Assembly: GCA_043806595.1 (NCBI GenBank)
Contig: JAZDGU010000036.1
Location: 1-10,340, forward strand
Direction of reading: 5' to 3'
From: Candidatus Micrarchaeota archaeon
Lineage (GTDB): Archaea; Micrarchaeota; Micrarchaeia; Norongarragalinales; SBBD01
Length of the DNA: 10,340 nt
Shown in pieces: positions 7,279-10,340 of the stretch. The position numbers and the translations under genes are program-made. The first letter of the stretch is position 1; every line of letters begins with the position of its first letter. A model generated the notes under the pieces. That model was not told where the DNA came from, did no database searches, and saw only the letters and a list, made by a program, of their open reading frames with translations.

Positions 7279-8727
7279 ATGAAGCTGCCGGCCTTCCTCG
7301 CACTTGCCGTCTTTTTCTCGCTCGTCTCGGCGTGCGGCTGCGGCATCGCACTCGGCCCCCCGGAAGTCTTCAACAACCTCAAGGAGCCGAACGCCGTGCT
7401 TCTCGTCGACGTGAACGAGGACGGTACCTTCCACATGAAGCCCTTCTTCCGCTTCGTCTCGCTCGACGAGCCCCGCAACGTCACCCTCGTCTTCCCCATG
7501 AAGGCGCTCCCGAAGTACTTCAAGGCCGAGCGCACCACGCTCCGCGACTTCGTGAACAAGGAGGACCTTTCCAGCTTTGACGTCGCGCGCGAGCGCCAGA
7601 GCCCCGCCGGCGTCGCCGGCATGGTCGCCAAGGACGCCAAGTATTTCGCGCCCTTCGCCGCGGTAGGCGTCGTCGGAACCATCGGCATCGGCGCGCTCAT
7701 GTTCTTCCCCCTGATCATCCTCCGCAGCTCGGTGATGGGCGCGGCCAACAACCAGATTGGCGCCATGACGAAAGAGACGGGCATCATCTCTCACTACGAG
7801 TTCGAGGGCGGCTCTCTCGACATCTTCGACGCCTCCTCGAATGCGACCATGGCCGAGATCGCGTCCCGCCTGGGCTACCAGTACGACCCCAAGCTCGCGG
7901 CGCTGATTGACAAGTACCGGAACCACTTCGTCTCCGTGCTCAACCTCGGCATCGAGACGCCGCTGCCTCCGGACCGCATGGCGTACTTCAGGAACAGCTG
8001 CCCGTACTGGCACAACCTTGCAAAGCAGGCGCTCAAGGAGAAGAAGATCGACTTCGCCGCGCTCGGCCTCAGCCGCCCGGGCTACTACGGCGGCAGCGGG
8101 GCGAACACGAACGACTGCAAGACGCTCGCCTCTCTCTTCATCCAGGGGGCCGCGGGAGACGACAGCTATACCGGTTACTCCGTTAACCGCTATGAAGTGT
8201 ATCCGAGGGCGGGGGGCGCGCCCAAAGGCGTTCTCCTCGACATGGGCTTCGAGGCCGACGACCCCATCTTCTACCCGGTTTCCGTCGTCGAGTCATACAA
8301 CTACCCGGTCGCGCAGCAGCAGTACCTCGTGCGCGTCGGCAAGGACCGCGAGTTCTCCTTCACTTCCTCGCAGGCCTCGGCAACAGCGCTCGTCGGCGGC
8401 ATGCGCTGGTATGAGATAACCTCCACCGCGGAAGACCTCGAGGGCACGGTCGTGCCAGCTGGAGCGAAGACTGGCTTGGACGACTGGCTCCTCATGGCTT
8501 GGCAGACCGCCTATTACAACGCAATCTGGATCGCCCTCGCGTTATACCTTGCCCTCGTGGTCGCGGCATGGGCACTGCTGCGCCAGCGCTTCCCCGAGAT
8601 TTCCCTCCCCCTGCTCGTCGGAGGCGGCGCGATATACGCCGCGTACAAGCTCTGGGGGAAGGACAGGAACGCGGCAATAATCCTCGCCGTCGCCGCGGTC
8701 GCATTCGCGGCATTCATCTTCGTGTGA
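7279..8727 (+). CDS. Exported/membrane protein, DUF2330-like
   Basis: Signal peptide ending SA-CGCG. Segments VTLVFPMKALP, GSLDIFDA...LGYQYDPKLAALIDKY..HFVSVLNL and MGFEADDPIFYPVSV follow the motif order I recall for DUF2330 (not verified by search). Up to three C-terminal TM helices. The CDS is secure; the family call is moderate. Confidence 0.65.
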   Translation: MKLPAFLALAVFFSLVSACGCGIALGPPEVFNNLKEPNAVLLVDVNEDGTFHMKPFFRFVSLDEPRNVTLVFPMKALPKYFKAERTTLRDFVNKEDLSSFDVARERQSPAGVAGMVAKDAKYFAPFAAVGVVGTIGIGALMFFPLIILRSSVMGAANNQIGAMTKETGIISHYEFEGGSLDIFDASSNATMAEIASRLGYQYDPKLAALIDKYRNHFVSVLNLGIETPLPPDRMAYFRNSCPYWHNLAKQALKEKKIDFAALGLSRPGYYGGSGANTNDCKTLASLFIQGAAGDDSYTGYSVNRYEVYPRAGGAPKGVLLDMGFEADDPIFYPVSVVESYNYPVAQQQYLVRVGKDREFSFTSSQASATALVGGMRWYEITSTAEDLEGTVVPAGAKTGLDDWLLMAWQTAYYNAIWIALALYLALVVAAWALLRQRFPEISLPLLVGGGAIYAAYKLWGKDRNAAIILAVAAVAFAAFIFV

Positions 8728-8751
8728 CAACCCTCCCTTTTGAGCCGGCGG

Positions 8752-9172
8752 TCAATTTCGCCCTCTGTCCAGCATCCTGCGGAGCTCTTGAAGGTTGCGT
8801 CTCCTGTTGAGTTCGGTTTCCGCGTGGCTGACTGCGGTGATGATCAAGGCCGAGAGCTTGAGCTTGTCCCCGCGGAAACCGGCCAATACCGGCTGCAGGC
8901 TGTAATGGGGCTTCCCACGGGTGGTATCCATGGCCAAGACGCCTCCCGACCGTCTCCAGAATCCTTTCGTGTTCCGCCTCAAGCAATTCCACCGCCTGCC
9001 GCGCCTCTTCTTCAGTTAGAGACGCCGCGAGCCCGCCCAGGTTCTTCGGCCAACCCGCGATTATGCTTCCCGTCGACGCTTCGAAGTGCCCGCGCGCGCC
9101 GCTTTCAGTGAACAGCGGGTGCAGCTCCCTCTCGTGCAGCGAGTAATCCTTTTTTCCGCGTTCGCTTGGCAT
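8752..9172 (-). CDS. Orphan hypothetical protein with an apparent +1 frame switch near 8935 (unshifted frame reads on to 8714)
   Basis: ATG 9172 (MPSERGKK) lies 23 nt downstream of TTTAAAT. GC3-rich codons occupy this frame to about 8936, then move to the frame ending at TGA 8754-8752 (46 of 60 codons end in G/C by hand count). The fused product would be 139 aa. Confidence 0.55.
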
Positions 9173-9195
9173 GCATACCCTTTTTCCGGGAACGC

Positions 9196-9202
9196 ATTTA
9201 AA
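9196..9202 (-). promoter_or_regulatory. TATA box of the orphan gene, flanked by inverted repeats
   Basis: Minus-strand TTTAAAT lying between GCATACCCTTTT (9173-9184) and AAAAGGGTTTGC (9204-9215). Confidence 0.55.
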
Positions 9203-9326
9203 CAAAAGGGTTTGCGCCCGGAAGGGCATGGGAACGCCGCCGGCGCGGGCACAGGCGGTTCGAGAGTGCTTGCCGTGATGGACGACGAGCATGGAATAAA
9301 CCGGCAGATTCGAACGGTTCAGCTTA

Positions 9327-9740
9327 TTATTGCCTCGCCGCTTCCAACATTCCTTTGGTGGTGAACACTTTGACTGCTTTTTGTTTTCCGAAGGCGGTAT
9401 CGTTTGACCAGATGACGGCATCTTTGCCGAGAGCGAGGGCAAGAGCAAGGTAGGGCACGTCGTCAACGTCGTCGATTAGCTTGCTTGCCGCATTAATCTG
9501 GTGCTTGAATTCCGAAGTGGCGACGATGCGGACGCCCTTCATCAGCCCGTTGATGAGCGTCGTCAGCTCCGGTTTGGACAGGCCGCTTCTTTCGCAGAAC
9601 TCGTTCAAATGCTCGTCGAACTCTGTTCTGACGAAGTCTACGGTATAGAATTCCAGAAACGGGTGCTTCAGCAGCCGCCTCGTCACCGAGTCTTTCAGGA
9701 GGGCTGAAACGAATATGTTGGCGTCGACGACTATTCTCAT
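9327..9740 (-). CDS. vapC: PIN-domain ribonuclease toxin (VapC-like)
   Basis: MRIVVDANIFVSALL, conserved Glu (RTEF), DVDDVPYLALA and IWSND give the acidic PIN active site. ATGA overlap with the upstream gene; tandem TAA TAA stop. Confidence 0.92.
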   Translation of the reverse strand: MRIVVDANIFVSALLKDSVTRRLLKHPFLEFYTVDFVRTEFDEHLNEFCERSGLSKPELTTLINGLMKGVRIVATSEFKHQINAASKLIDDVDDVPYLALALALGKDAVIWSNDTAFGKQKAVKVFTTKGMLEAARQ

Positions 9741-9967
9741 CGTGTTTCACTCAGCACCCTTTTTGCAACTCCACGCTTTATTACCTTGCTAAGCTCTTCC
9801 ACGTCCTTCTCGGTAATCCTGCTTTTCTGTGCAATGGAATCAAGCAATTCTACCTCGGAAGCCTTCTCCTCGATGGCCCTGCGGGCGACCTCCGTCCACT
9901 TAATTTCCGAATGCTTCTTCATCAGAATGCTCAAGTCGTTCGGGATCGCCAAAGTCATGTTCACCAT
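9737..9967 (-). CDS. vapB: Ribbon-helix-helix (CopG-like) antitoxin
   Basis: MVNMTLAIPNDL..LMKKHSEIKWTEVARRAIEEK is a typical archaeal RHH antitoxin N-terminus. ATG 9967 has SD GGTGG; 76 aa; translationally coupled to the PIN gene. Confidence 0.82.
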   Translation of the reverse strand: MVNMTLAIPNDLSILMKKHSEIKWTEVARRAIEEKASEVELLDSIAQKSRITEKDVEELSKVIKRGVAKRVLSETR

Positions 9968-9995
9968 GCCTACCACCTGCACATAATTAAGGCAA

Positions 9996-10013
9996 ATAAG
10001 TTAATATACTTAT
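9996..10013 (-). promoter_or_regulatory. TA operon promoter with palindromic operator ATAAGT-N6-ACTTAT
   Basis: Perfect 6-bp inverted repeat enclosing the TATA-like TATATTAA (minus strand), about 30-45 nt upstream of the antitoxin start. Confidence 0.6.
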
Positions 10014-10200
10014 CTATGCGGCGTTGGTTGAATGCTTGCCTAGGCAGACATAATTCCGGGGCGTTTGAAATGTGCTACGAAATCAGTTTTGTCACGCTCC
10101 AATCTGGGCAGTCTTTTTATTCCCCTCTCGCAAGGCTTGGCCTTGAGGAGAATGTCGTTAAATAGCGGGAAAAGGGTGGTGCACTCAGAAGGGTATGGAA

Positions 10201-10274
10201 TGCCGCTGGTGTGATTTGAACACACGACGTACCGGTCTTCAGCCGGACGCTCTCCCAGGCTGAGCTACAGCGGC
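10201..10274 (-). tRNA. trnF: tRNA-Phe(GAA), intronless
   Basis: Minus strand GCCGCTG TA GCTC AGCCTGGGA GAGC G TCCGG CT GAA GA CCGGT ACGTC GTGTG TTCAAAT CACAC CAGCGGC A forms a full cloverleaf with a U27-U43 mismatch. CCA is not directly encoded. Confidence 0.97.
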
Positions 10275-10300
10275 GCGGAATATTGTTTGGTCGGCTCTGT

Positions 10301-10308
10301 TTTTTAAA
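10301..10308 (-). promoter_or_regulatory. TATA box of tRNA-Phe
   Basis: Minus-strand TTTAAAAA, 26 nt upstream of the tRNA 5' end. Confidence 0.65.
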
Positions 10309-10340
10309 CGCAGGGGGAAGGCGCGCGCGGCGGAGCGGAA

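Noticed and set aside
9173..9466. N-terminal 98 aa of the 250-aa ORF 8714..9466
   Set aside because: It overlaps the PIN gene out of frame and crosses a TATA/inverted-repeat region. ATG 9172 is the better start.
10196..10200. Encoded CCA after tRNA-Phe
   Set aside because: The sequence after the discriminator is TTCCA, so CCA is offset by 2 nt and is not the mature end.
1..10340. CRISPR array, rRNA, transposase or integrase
   Set aside because: No regularly spaced repeats, rRNA-like sequence or recombinase/transposase motifs were seen by eye.

Overview
Archaeal chromosomal segment, mostly high-GC. Archaeal origin is supported by a tRNA with a bulge-helix-bulge intron, TATA-box promoters, NreA and an aSelBL-type factor. 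A DPANN/Micrarchaeota-like source is only my impression and is not testable here. Left part (minus strand): membrane protein -> enolase -> surface-anchored transglutaminase-like protein -> NreA DNA-repair protein (runs off the window). Centre: intron-containing tRNA-Gly(GCC) tail-to-tail with a SelB/EF-Tu-like gene that lacks a P-loop. Next come four plus-strand envelope genes (lipoprotein, Cys-rich anchored protein, small 4-TM protein, DUF2330-like protein). Right part (minus strand): tRNA-Phe(GAA), a lower-GC RHH antitoxin/PIN toxin pair, and an orphan gene whose coding frame switches +1 near a site built like the bacterial RF2 frameshift cassette. The most interesting unexplained signals are that frame switch and a K-loop/guide-RNA-like fold inside the tRNA-Gly intron. 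Both are hypotheses.
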